Source: Octopus vulgaris
Taxonomy: Eukaryota
NCBI GenBank assembly: GCA_951406725.2
Contig: OX597819.1
Span: 116,002,001-116,066,000, forward strand
Direction of reading: 5' to 3'
Length of the DNA stretch: 64,000 nucleotides
Below the pieces are notes generated by a model. The model was not told where the DNA came from, did not search any database, and saw nothing but the letters and a program-made list of their open reading frames with translations. Below, one piece after another: positions 41,184 through 53,750 of this stretch (position 1 is its first letter; each line of letters starts with the position of its first letter). The position numbers were made by a program, and so were the translations under genes.

Positions 41184-41433
41184 GATTGGGATAAGAACGC
41201 AAAACATCCAGACAGTTTGGTGATAGAAAAAAGGGACAACAAAACATCGAGAGAGACGATACAAAGAAAACAAAGACGGTTCATTCGGAGTTTTCTATCC
41301 TCAGTCAAGTTCCAGATTATCTTTGCAATTTCGGCTGGTTACACTCGAGATTGCTCCAATCTGGCCAGCTTCAAGGAAAAACTAAGCTAAGTGCATTAGA
41401 TTCTATGAAAAAAAGCAGCGAATGTATACGTAC

Positions 41434-41482
<49 letters not shown>

Positions 41483-41610
41483 AGACCAAAATGTACGTAC
41501 GCCGCTATATTTTTATTTATAAAAAGTACAAAAAATGGGTCAAGAGCGAAAAACATCCAGAGAGCCGATACAAGGAAAACAAGGATGGGTCATTCGGAGT
41601 TTTCAATCCT
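41184..41610. repeat. partially duplicated repeat, probably a Penelope pLTR
   Basis: aaacatc(g/c)agagag(a/c)cgataca..tcattcggagtttt..atcctc occurs near 41242 and 41551, separated by (TA)n. Confidence 0.45.
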
Positions 41611-42371
41611 CATATATATACATACATATGCAATGATTCTACGCAGACACCGATATAGAGTTCAAACACTTGGTTATTACTCAGTTGTTTGAGCTCGTGT
41701 AACCTCTTATACTAAAACAGATCCACGACTACTGAAACTTATTACAAAACTCCTGTTCATACTTCTCTGTGTTTGTTTGTGTGTGTATTCTTGTGTATAT
41801 ACGCACGTATATATACATACTCAACAGTGAGGGATCTTTGATAAACTGTAAACTATAGCAACATATTATGCAATAACTACAGATAAATGACAGTAGAAAC
41901 ACGCAGACAAAAAGCTTCAGCGAATTTAGCCAAAGACAAAGAGACAATAATCTGAGACATGTCAATTCATAACTTGAGAAGGATTAAGACAAAACAAGTA
42001 GATATTATCATAGAAAAACAGTAAAATATTTGTCATTTAATCGATGTATCACTCTGAATAGGTCGGCAATATATTTATGAAAGAGATGGTGAGTCTATTC
42101 GAATATAAAGAGCAGGAAATAGAGATAACCAGAATGTGCAGAATGAAAACAAAACTGATTTCCATAATAATAGGTGAACAAAAATATAAAGGAGTTATAT
42201 ATCAGAGCTGATAGATGTACAGCATTTAGCAAATATTGCTATGGAATACTGATCATGCTATGCCATGTAATGTATTGTTTATAATAGACTCGGAAAAGAC
42301 AAACAGAAAGCAACACGTTGCTCGTAAGCAATGCATAGAGGACAGCGTTGAATTTTCGCTAAAAATAGAAT

Positions 42372-42422
42372 TACTACTACTACTACTACTATTACCACCA
42401 CCACCACTAACACTATTATTGC

Positions 42423-42455
<33 letters not shown>

Positions 42456-42599
42456 TACCACTATTAGTACCACCACCACCACCACCATCACCACTACCAG
42501 CATAACTACTACTATCACTACTACCACCACCACCACCACCACTACTACTACCACCACCACCACCACTACCACCACCACCACTACTACTACTACTACTAC
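42372..42599. repeat. (CTA)n/(CCA)n mosaic
   Basis: Direct inspection. Confidence 0.9.
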
Positions 42600-42834
42600 A
42601 TGTAACTTTTCCTTTTTTCAGTCTTTATGTGCCGGGGCAACGCTCCGAAGAATCTTTAGTCGAATGAATCGACACCAGAACGTATTTTTTGTATATCTTT
42701 GAAAGCTGCTACTTATTCTATCGGGCCGTTTTCCCGAACCGACAAGTTATCAGGAGTTAAACGCACCCAAATTAGTTGTTTAGTAGTGTAGGGAGACAAA
42801 CAGAGACACACAGACACACACTCAAACACATAGC

Positions 42835-42900
42835 AAAAATGGCAGAAATTCAAAAGATAGTGCTCATGGGAACTGCCCATATCCCACGTAAAATACTGTC
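42835..42900 (+). mobile_element. R4/Dong C-terminal fragment
   Basis: KMAEIQKIVLMGTAHIPRKIL. Confidence 0.7.
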
Positions 42901-42944
42901 TTACGTAAACTCAAATTTTAAAACAAACACATAATTTTCTTATT

Positions 42945-44325
42945 TGCTTCTATGCCGAAAGAGATCCAGCTCTGTTTCTAATGTTTTGCAAGTACAGCTG
43001 CCTTTGCTCTTGACTCATGTATTCTCGATTCTGTTGAGCTCTATCTCTCTTATTTTGAAAATACACTTCTCTTTGGTGCTGGCTTATTTGTTCTATCCCA
43101 TGCTGATTTCTTTCCCTCCTATGCCGTAGGATTCGCTTCCTCTCCTCCTGGCTTATTTCGCTTCTTCTCTGTCTCATCCTCGCGTGATTCTGATTCCTTA
43201 TTTCGTCTTGCTGTTCCTCCCGAAATCGTTCTCGCGCTGCACTCCTCATGCGATTATCAACATTTCAAAACTTGTTATTAAGACAATAAATCTCCAAAAT
43301 TTAAAGAATAAATCTCCAAAATTTAAACAATAAATCTCCAGAGAGTTTCAATTGAAAAACATATACGAATGCATCAGATGGTTTTTTTTTAAAAGATGAA
43401 AATATTTCTGAAATACTCACCTAATATGCAAGGTCACAGTATATAGGATACGGTAATTAATTATATTGTAGTAAAGTAGAAAGTAAAGGTAAAAAATATA
43501 ATTAATATTTTTGATTTTGTTCAGCACTATGAATTTAATTTTTTTAATACCTTCGTCAATTGCTTGATACAAGAAAAACAGAAATTGGAAAAATCCTGAC
43601 CAAAACAGAGAAATTCTAGGGTAACCAAAACTATTGAGAAAGTTGCGTTTATTTCCACCACGCGGCACTTATCGCACACACACACACATTAACAAATGAG
43701 CCAAGTGAACGACTCTGTCTGGTTGTTCAGTTTGCTAGAAATAACAGCCAAATCTTTCCCATATTATGCGCTCGTTAGTAATAATGAAAGGGAAAAATAG
43801 AATTAATATTTTTGATTTTGTTCGGTTCTGTGATTCTTTTAATGATTTCGTCCATTACTTGATACAAGAAAAAAGAAATTGGAAAATCCTTACCAAAACA
43901 GAGAAATTGTAACTTAACAAAAAATATAGAAAGAGAAAGAAATAGATGCAACCGAAAGTTTAAAAAATGTTTTATAGCTGAGGCGTAATTTTATAATTAA
44001 AAAAAAAAATTTGAATTTCGGAACATGTCTTAACATGTTATCTGGTGTATGGCCGAATTCAGATGAGTAGAAGACAAAAAAAAAAAAATGTGTGTGCGTG
44101 GTTGGGCCTTTAACAGAAAAGAATTTAAAAACCTATCAGTCACTCTCTCTCACACTCTTTCTCTTTCGCTTCTCTGCCTTGCTCGACACGCGTCAAATTT
44201 AACTATCTTTTCTCATTAAGCTCGTGGCTGATTCGGTGGCCCAGTAGGCATGGGTGCTGAAAAGTAGTAGTACAACACGTAGTTGGTTGCTTCAAATCTC
44301 TTCCAGAAAAACCGTTTTTATTTAA
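42945..44325 (-). mobile_element. possible Helitron 5' portion with start of Rep/Hel ORF
   Basis: ORF 42950-43249 has E/Q/R-rich ~23-aa repeats (SQEERKRIL, SQHQREVYF, SQEQRQLYL) like STPR-type Helitron N-termini; upstream tandem and direct repeats; GGTGAGTA donor near 43413. Confidence 0.45.
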
Positions 44326-44803
44326 GCAACAACATTTCTTTCAACAGTTTCTTTCACAGGTACGTACAAAAAACAAATTGGCGTATTAAAATTATTGATA
44401 ATAATTATAATAATAATAATAATAATAATAATCTTTTCTACTAAAGGTACAAGAACTGAAACTTTATGGAGAGATATTTGATGATTACATGAGCCGCAGT
44501 GTTTCAATTCTACTTAATTTATTGTCCCGAATCGATGAAGGGCAAAGTTAACTACGACGAAATTTGAACTCAACAACAATAATAATAATGCTGATTTGTA
44601 ATTCTGGCACAAGGCTTGCAAGATTGGGGTAGGCTGTAAACTGTTCACATCGACCTCAGTGCTCAATTGGTATCTACACCGTAAGCACAAAAAGCAAAGT
44701 CGACCTCTGTGGAATTTGAGCTCGGAACGTAAAGACGGGCGAAATACCGATAAATATTTTGTCTGGCATGCTAATGATTCTGTCAGCTCCTCGCCTTGTG
44801 TGC

Positions 44804-44804
<1 letters not shown>

Positions 44805-44838
<34 letters not shown>

Positions 44839-45360
44839 TAATTAATTCGTTTATTGGCCACAGGGGCTTACATACACTTACATTAAAACACATACAACAA
44901 CATTAAATACAAAACCAGGACATTTCACAGCGTGTAAACACTATATATAACGATTAACAATTAAATAATTTAAAACTCCCAATAATAATAATAATAATAA
45001 TAATAATAGTAATAATAATAATAATAATGATAATTAATTCGTTTATTGCCACAAGGGCTTACATACACTTACATTAAAACACATACAACAACATTAAATA
45101 CAAAACCAGGACATTTCACAGCGTGTAAACACTATATATAACGATTAACAATTAAATAATTTAAAACTCCCAATAATAATAATAATAATAATAATAGTAA
45201 TAATAATAATAATAATGATAATTAATTCGTTTATTGGCCACAAGGGCTTACATACACTTACATTAAAACACACACAACAACATTAAATACAAAACCAGGA
45301 CATTTCATAGCGTGTAAACACTATATATAACGATTAACAATTAAATAATTTAAAACTCCC

Positions 45361-45389
<29 letters not shown>
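44805..45389 (-). repeat. three tandem copies (~190-bp period) of a LINE-like 3' end, separated by (TAA)n
   Basis: Units start near 44837, 45028 and 45217 and are nearly identical. Confidence 0.92.
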
Positions 45390-45391
<2 letters not shown>

Positions 45392-45864
45392 TTAAGTGTG
45401 AAAGCTCCTCTTCTGGATGGTTTACTTTATTCAGTTCATGTTTAGATAACTGGTTTTGTTCTCTATAGGAATGAGAAACCGATACAGTAGTGGATGGCTA
45501 ACGTGAGTCTCTCTTTTACACATGTCGTACTATTGTCATATAAATCTACTTCAACCGAACATTGAATCTATACTTTAGCTGGATGCTAAGCAATTTTTGT
45601 CACTCCTAGGCGACCTCTGCTCTCATCGATAAATTTTGAGTAAGAAGTTGTGGTGGTGGCGAAGAAGTGTTTTCTATTCTTTCTGTTTGTTTAAAGTGAT
45701 TCCTGGTTACAGCGGCAACAGTTGCTCTTCTTCTCGTGGTCTCTCTATTCTTTACTGATCACTTTTGTGTGAATACAAATAAAAGCACTTAGATTTCTTT
45801 GCACCGTGTGCAAACATCTGTTTAATTGCTGCGCGTGGTGGTTGTAGTTCTAAATAAACGACAT

Positions 45865-46335
45865 TGATGATGATGAAGATGATGATGATGATAATGATGA
45901 TGATGATGATAATGATGATTGATGAGTGGAAGACGATCAGGACGATGAAAATGGTGTGGTCATTGTAAATTGATGTTGTTGATGACGATGATGATGGTGA
46001 TGATAAAGAACATGCGGGTGGTGGTGGTATTGATAACGATGATGGTGGTGACAAAGATGATGATAATGATGATGATGATGATAATGATGATATCGAAGTG
46101 GAGGAGTAGGAGGAAGGTAATGGTGATGTGGAGGGAGTGGTGGTGATGATGATAATGATGAAAATGGTAGGGGCGGAGATGAGGATGTTGGTGATGATGA
46201 TGATGCTGATGACGACGAATATGATGAAAGTGATAGTGGTGGTGGTGGTGGTGGTGGTGAAGATGATGAAAATGATGGTTTGCTGTAATTATGATGAACA
46301 TTGTTATTAGTATTATTATTATTGTTATTATTATT

Positions 46336-46378
<43 letters not shown>

Positions 46379-46539
46379 CGACGACGACGATGAATAAGGT
46401 GAAAATCGTAGTGTTGCTGGTGATGGTAAGCTTGATGCTATATATTTAATTTCGATCGCTTCTAATTAGAACAGCGATGATGATGATGATGATGATGATG
46501 GTGACGACGACGACGATGATGATGATGATGATGAGGATA

Positions 46540-46579
<40 letters not shown>

Positions 46580-46589
46580 CGACGATGAA

Positions 46590-46660
<71 letters not shown>

Positions 46661-48339
46661 CGACGACGACGACGACGACGACGACGATGATGATGATGAT
46701 GATGATGGTTATGATGATGGTGATGATGACGACGACGACGACAATAATGTTGACGATGACGACGGTGATGATGGTAGCTCTTATATCGATAATTATGTCG
46801 GCGCTTTTGAAATTAGCCATCATACAGTAGCTACAATACCATTGACGTATCTGTCTGCCGGTGTTGGTTGGTGATTGCTTGCTTCTCGGTGACAGTATTA
46901 TTATTACCACCGCCATAGCGGTAATGAAGATGTTAAGAGACTAAAGCTGCAACAGTATCATATACAGGAACTGCAGCAATGGTTGTGTGGTATCGGAGTC
47001 GGCTATGGTAGCTATGGTGACGGTGGTTGGAAGTGTTAATGATGGGGGAGGTGGTGGCGTTAGAGATGGAAGTGATACAGATGAGGATAGCGCTAGCGTT
47101 AGTGAAGGTTGTGGTGGTGTTAGCGATGGTGGTGTTAGTGATAGTCGTGGTAGCGGTGATGTGATGGTGATGGTGGCGGTGTTAAAGATGGCGCTGGTGG
47201 TGTTAATGATGGTGGTGGCGGTGTTAGCTATGATGGTCGTGGTGGCGTTAGTGATGTCGGTGTTAGTGAGACTGGTGTTAGTGTTGGTGGTGGTGTTAGC
47301 GGTGTGGGTGGTTGTGTTAATGATTGTGGTGGTGCTTGTGTTTGCAATAGTGGTGGAGTGGTTGTGTAAACCGATGGTGCTGATAGTGTTAGTCTTGGTG
47401 GTAGTGGTGGTGGTGATGGTGGTGTTAGCTATGGTGTGGTTGCGTTAGTGACGCTGGAGGTATTGGCCGTATATACCATGATGGTGGTGGTGGTGGCGCA
47501 GGCGTTAGTGATGTGGTGGTGGCATTAGTGATGGTGGTCGTGTTGTAAATGATGGTTATGGCGGTGGTGGTGATGGTGGTGTTAGCTATGGTGGTGGTTG
47601 TGTTTGTGATTATGGAGGAGGTAGCCGTATATACCATGATGGTGGTGGCGGCGGCGTTAGTGCAGGTGGTGGTGGCGTTAAAGATGGTGGTGGCGTTAGT
47701 GATGGCGGTCGTGATGTAAGTGATGGTGGCGGCGGTGGTGGTAGTGGTGGTGGTGGTGTTAGCGATGAAGGTGGGAATGTTAGTGATGGTGGTGGCATTA
47801 GTGATGATGGTGGTGGTGGTGGTTGTGGTTATATATTTTGAAGTTGCTGCTCGACAGTGTCACTAGTGACCGTAAAGATGGCGAGTGCGGCGCGTAGTTT
47901 CGTGTTTGAAGCAGTTTAATGGTGTCCGTCTTCAATGTGATGCCAACTTTAGAACGGCCATCGTAGAATATATTTTGCAGATGGAGATGGTGCTGATTCA
48001 TTCATACAGTATTTCATAGAGCTAGCATTATAACAGCACTCGAATTGGAAGAATTATTCAACAATTTTCTCTTCTATAATCTCGATGCAAAGGCTGGTGG
48101 TGGTGGTGGGGGGACGAATGAGTAGCTTTTTCATAATAAATAGAAAAGTTCTGATATTAATATTGACAATAAAAACAACATTTCTGGCGGTTACGATTCT
48201 TGTAGCTGTTACTGCTGTTATTATCGTTGTTGACGTTGTTGTTGTTGTTGTTCTTCTTCTTCTTCTTCGTCTTGTTCTTGATCTTGTTCTTGTTGTTGTT
48301 GTTGTTGTTGTTGTTGTTCTTCTTCTTCTTCTTCTTCTT

Positions 48340-48404
<65 letters not shown>

Positions 48405-48891
48405 CGTTCTCACCTTTGTTATCATTCTGAGCAAAATGCTTAGCGGTACTTCATCCGTTTTGCTTTCTGAGTTCGCATTCCGCCGAAGCTTTGCCTTTCA
48501 TCCTTCCGCAGTTGATAAAATAAATATCAGATGATGACCTCTACTAATCTACTTAATCTGTTCCCCAAAATATGCTGGCCTTGTGACAAAACTTGAAATC
48601 ATTATCATAATCATCTTCGACATTGTCAGCATCATCGTCATTATCCTCATCGTCGTCGTCGTCGTCGTTGTAGTCGCCATCCTCCTCCTCCCCTTCCTCA
48701 CCTTCCCCATCTGCCTCCCCTTCCTCCTCTTCCTCCCCCTCATCCTTATCATTATCATTGTCGTCGTCATCATCGTCATTATTATCATCATCGTCGTCGT
48801 CGTTGTCGTCTTCATCATCATCATCATCATCGACGTCATCATCCTTATTAACATAATCGTCATTATCACCGTGGTCACCACCACCGCCACC

Positions 48892-48935
<44 letters not shown>

Positions 48936-48958
48936 TGTCGTCATCATCATCATCATCA

Positions 48959-49015
<57 letters not shown>

Positions 49016-49800
49016 TCATCATCATCAGCATGGTCGTCGTCGTCATCATATTTGAGCAGGCTGTCTGGTAATGCAGTTGAAGCGAAGGTCGATGAACAAG
49101 TGTTACTGTTTGAAAGAATCCTTTAGAATGCTTATCATTCCTTATATCAAGCAATCACACCTTGCTGTTGGCGGTGTCATTACTCTACCAGCTGTTCACT
49201 TTCCCTGAGCTAAGGTGCCACTTTCTTTTGAAGTCTCCCACATCATTACAGACGCTCCTTGGATTCCCAATTGATGCTGTTTTGTAGATATGCTCTATTA
49301 GCCTTTTCATCACTATCATTTCCAACACGTTTTTAATTTCATTTACTCAATGCAACTAAGGCGTCAGTAGTATACGCTCTTATTTTCCTTCTTCTCCTTC
49401 TTTTCCTTCTTCGTTTCCTCCTCCTCCTCCTTGCTGTTGTTGTTGTTGTTGTTGTTGTTGTTCTTCTTCTTCTCCTTCTTCTTCCTCTTCTTGTTCTTCT
49501 CCTTCTTTTCTTCCTCCATCTTCATCATCATCATCATGTTGTTGTTGTAGTTGTTGTTGTTCTTCTCCTCCTCTTCTTCCTGCTCCACCACCACCACCAC
49601 CATCACCACCACCACCACCACCATCACCACCACCACCACCACCACCACCACCACCACCACTATCATCATCATCATATTGTTGTTGTTTTTGTTGTTGTTG
49701 TTGTTCTTGTTCTTCTTTTTCTTCTTCTACTTATCCTTCTTCTTCTTCGTCTTCTTCTTCGTCTTCTTCTTCGTCGTCGTCTTCTTCTTCTTCTTGTCCC
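45865..49800. repeat. 4-kb trinucleotide mosaic: (GAT/GAC/GGT)n, degenerate gttagtgatggtggtggc minisatellite, (TTC/TTG/TTA)n, (ATC/GTC/ACC)n
   Basis: Direct inspection; all ORFs here are low complexity. Confidence 0.9.
47830..48000 (-). mobile_element. RTE-like RT fragment
   Basis: HLQNIFYDGRSKVGITLKTDTIKLLQ resembles the post-YADD LQ...GL.I..KT segment. Confidence 0.4.
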
Positions 49801-50760
49801 TCCTTTTAATTTTTTTTATCTTCTTTCAATTTTGTTTCCATTACTTACTGAATGTTTTTCCAACATCTAGGGCAAAAGTCTACTGTATACCTTGACAGAC
49901 CATTAGAATAAAGACACAAGATTGTTCATATACAACACCAAATAGAGTTATGCAGAAAAAACGATTTACATAGACGGTAATTCTTTTTACAGTGGCAATG
50001 TTCTTCGCTATGCGTGCGACGTACCAGTTAAAACAAACTTTTGCACTTCCTGCGGGGATAGTAAGCCAGAGATCAATCTCAAACAATTTTTAGTTTCTTA
50101 TTTGATCATTCTAAGAGCTCCTGCAATCGCTAGTATTGTAACAGTCTTGAGATGCCAAATGCTTTTCAATTTCAATGTGTAAATCATAATATTTTCTGAG
50201 TTTGTCAAATTCTTTTGCCGAGATATATTCACTAGGAATATTCACATCGATCAAGACACAAACTGTTGTTTTGGTCTTTCACAACAATATCCAGCTTATT
50301 AGCTTTGATTTTTTTTTTTGCCGGCTTGTATACTGGAAAGTCCGAGAGAATCGTATTGCAGCTGCATTTTATACGTACTGTTCCAAGTCTCTCCAAGAGA
50401 CATTATGTAATAGCAAGTTTGATGCTTTACTGTGTGTATTTTTTTATGATTAGCAATGATATATTGCAGGGAAATGAGACCAAATACTGAGAAATAAGAT
50501 TTTGTTAAAATTTTGTTCAATTATTTGTGGTTTCGAAACAATTTAAAAGAATCAGATGCTCTTGAATTGACGGCATCTTTGGTCAGTATTCATGAGAACG
50601 CTCTTTAAAACTTTATAGTTCTGCTACTTTTGGATGTTCTGGTGTTTGGGCATGGTGTTCAAGAGTGTTATTTGGTATGAACCGAATGCTCCGATGATCA
50701 GAGGTACAGCTGTCGTCCTTAGATGTTACATTTTTGTGACATTTTAAAATTTCGATTTGG
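49150..50760 (-). mobile_element. several degraded R4/Dong 3' fragments
   Basis: ANKLDIVVKDQ..IDVNIP..DLHIEIEK; LRTTAVPLIIGAFG; IEHIYKTA. Confidence 0.7.
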
Positions 50761-50869
50761 TTTTTGATTTCCCTGTGTCTTGCTGTGACTCTAGCAGCTT
50801 TTAATAAGCTTTCTTTACTATTACCTACTTAATGAATATCCACTCTATCTAACTCCACGCAGTTTTCAT

Positions 50870-51100
50870 ATTTCTTTATTGCCCACAAGGGGCTAAACAT
50901 AGAGGGGACAAACAAGGATAGACAAATGGACTAAGTCGATTATATCGACTCCAGTGCGTAACTGGTACTTAATTTATCGACCCCGAAAGGATGAAAGGCA
51001 AAGTCGACCTCGGCGGAATTTGAACTCAGAACGTAGCGGCAGACGAAATACGGCTATGCATTTCACCCGGCGTGCTAACGTTTCTGCCAGCTCGCCGCCT
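50870..51100 (-). mobile_element. SINE family A, full length, 14-bp TSD
   Basis: aactccacgcagtt (50851) / aactccacacagtt (51103). Confidence 0.93.
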
Positions 51101-51357
51101 TAAACTCCACACAGTTGTCTACTGATATTAACCCTCCTGTGCCTTCGTTTCTAGGTAATCTTGCTACTCTTGCCCTGAGGTGGAATCCTCCATTCATATT
51201 GAATTCCTTAGTTCTTGTCTGCTGAGTATCTAAGTAATGATAACGCCCAAGTATTTACAGCCTTCACTAGAGTCGGTCCATTTAACTTTGACTTCATTAG
51301 TTTCTTCACTCTTTTGATGTATTCCTCAATTTTCGTTTTCATTTCTATAGTTAGTAG

Positions 51358-52500
51358 TCAGTCAGATTCTAATACTCCTAGGTACCGATAACTCTTTCCT
51401 CCTTTCATTGATTTTAATGTATGCCATCTGGTATTTGAATGTCTTCGCTGCTGACTGATTACCTGTCTCCTTTTCATGACTAGTATTTCACACTTATCTA
51501 TGCCAAATTCCATGCCTATATCTTTGCTGAAGAGTCTTACGTTCTGTATTAACGAATCTATCTCTTTTTCACTCTTACTAAAAAGCTTCAGATCATCCAT
51601 GTAGGGGAAATGGCTAATTTTTCTCGTACTATTTCTGAACTGACACCCTACCTTTGCCTTCATTAATACTAAACTGAGGAAGATCAAACATAAGAATAAT
51701 ATTAAAGGGGATAACGAGTCCTCTCGGAAAATTCTTCTTTTGATATTAACTTTCCTAAGACTGTGTCAACTGAGTAGAGATCTACTATCTATTTCTTCAT
51801 AGAAACAGCTAATTCATTCTCTTATGTTGTCTGCTATACTGAAAATATTCAAACATTCGCTTAACCATGAGTGTGGGACTTTCTTATAATCTATCCTTGC
51901 TATTGTTAGATTTTTATTTCTAGTTTTTACTTCATCCAGGACTGCTTTGCCAATGTACAATAAATCTTGCGTTCCTCCTTTCTCTTCTTCTGGAGTAAAT
52001 TTTGATTGTTAAGGTGCTCGTATAAGCCTTCTGAAAGCATTCCTGTTAACAGCTTCCACACTAATGGTAAGCAAGTGATTGCTCTATAATTCCTAGTTAT
52101 ACTACCCTTGCTTTTATCGTTCTTAAAGTGAATTATCCTCCTTTTATTCATCCAGTCAGGTATTACTCCTTCATTAAAGCAATCCTGAAGTTGTTCCCTC
52201 AACTTCCCATATAAACTACTCCATTTCTGTAGCCGATACCTTTGAACTAAATCTGGTTCTGGGCTCTTCCAATTCGGCATTAGCCTTAGATCTGGCTGCT
52301 TTTCACTACTTTTCCGCTCACTTTTTTTAACCATACTGCATCTCCATTATGATTGACTCCTGAACTTTCTCGCTTCTTCTGCATTGGCTTTCATATCTTC
52401 AGTACTTCGTTCTCCACTATTTATTTGGTCTGTCTCAAATGTGGCCTGTCTCAATCTATTCTGTTGATACTGATCTGTTCTTTTATATCTGGAAAGTTTA
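51358..52500 (-). pseudogene. R4/Dong-clade reverse transcriptase fragment
   Basis: NWKSPEPD..NYRAITCLPLVWKLLTG; IFREDSLSPL; ISHFPYMDDLKLF..DIGMEFGIDKC..YRYLGVLE. Confidence 0.92.
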
Positions 52501-52533
52501 CTTGCTACTGCTATGATACTTCTACTTTAATTA

Positions 52534-52630
52534 TATTATTTACATTTGACGGATATTTGTTCTCATCTTGTTTGTTATTAACATAACGTTTCGGCTAATA
52601 TACCTTCCAGCCTTCATCAGGTGTCTTGGT
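52534..52630 (-). ncRNA. minimal type I hammerhead ribozyme motif in a PLE-type tail
   Basis: gacac-CTGATGA-a-GGCTG-gaaggtatat-TAGCC-GAAAC-GTT-atgtt; core intact. Confidence 0.7.
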
Positions 52631-52641
52631 ATAATTTTGAA

Positions 52642-52721
<80 letters not shown>

Positions 52722-52766
52722 TTATCCTCCTCCTCCTCCTTATCATCATCATCATCATTATTATAT

Positions 52767-53315
52767 TGAGGGAAAGAGCAGTGCATGCCATCAAAGTGAC
52801 ACTGGGGTAAAATATACGAAGCCCAGTATACTCATCATGACTACTCGTCTGATACACCAGGCACATGGATCACAACCATATGTGTGCGACATGGTAATCT
52901 CATATCAAGATAAACAGCACATGACCTTGCAGGTGGGGCCCAGTTAGAATTTTCTTCTGGTCGAGTAACCCATCCCGTTCAAAAGGTTCCTGAAAAAGGG
53001 TTGTTTACGGATGTTGAACGAAACACCCATGTTTCCAGAGGTGAAAGATTCAATTCCCAAAGAATCTCTGTCAACACATGGATATGATGCTCCCCGCTAC
53101 TTCTGCTCGCGATGAGAGATACACATATTGTCAGCCACTAAGGGACATGGTCAACTGGTTAAGGTCAAACAACTGACAAGCAAATCTGTGGTATTGAGTA
53201 AAATATTTACTGTAGCCCATCTTTTATACCAAGACAAAACAATGTACGTGATAACACTTGCAATCAGATAAGATCAGAAGCCACGAGAGCCACTGTCTAG
53301 TACTGCCTCAGGGCA
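52767..53315 (-). mobile_element. ~555-bp non-coding element, copy 3
   Basis: Reverse complement of 21579-22133, flanked by TTA/TTC repeats. Confidence 0.85.
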
Positions 53316-53316
53316 A

Positions 53317-53360
53317 TTCTTCTTCTTCTTCTTCTTCTTCTTCTTCTTCTTCTTCTTCTT

Positions 53361-53455
<95 letters not shown>

Positions 53456-53462
53456 CATTATT

Positions 53463-53519
<57 letters not shown>

Positions 53520-53630
53520 TTATTATTATAATTATAATTATTATTATCATTATTATTATTATTATTATTATTTTATCATTATTATTATTATTATTATTAT
53601 TTTATCATTATTATTATTATTATTATTTTA

Positions 53631-53669
<39 letters not shown>

Positions 53670-53750
53670 GTAGTAGTAGTAGTAGTAGTAGTAATAGTAG
53701 TAGTATTAGTATCATCATCATCACTACCATCATCTTCATCATTATTATTT
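53317..53750. repeat. (TTC)n-(TTA)n-(TAG)n microsatellite
   Basis: Direct inspection. Confidence 0.95.

Noticed and set aside
41325-41378. Hammerhead on the minus strand (gctgg..ccagccGAAA)
   Set aside because: The CUGANGA core is absent; at most a decayed relic.
44805-45389. CRISPR-like repeat-spacer array
   Set aside because: The long units are identical and the 'spacers' are (TAA)n; eukaryotic context with no cas genes.
46987-47830. Gly/Val-rich or Pro-rich structural protein exon
   Set aside because: Degenerate GGT-based minisatellite with stops and no consistent frame.
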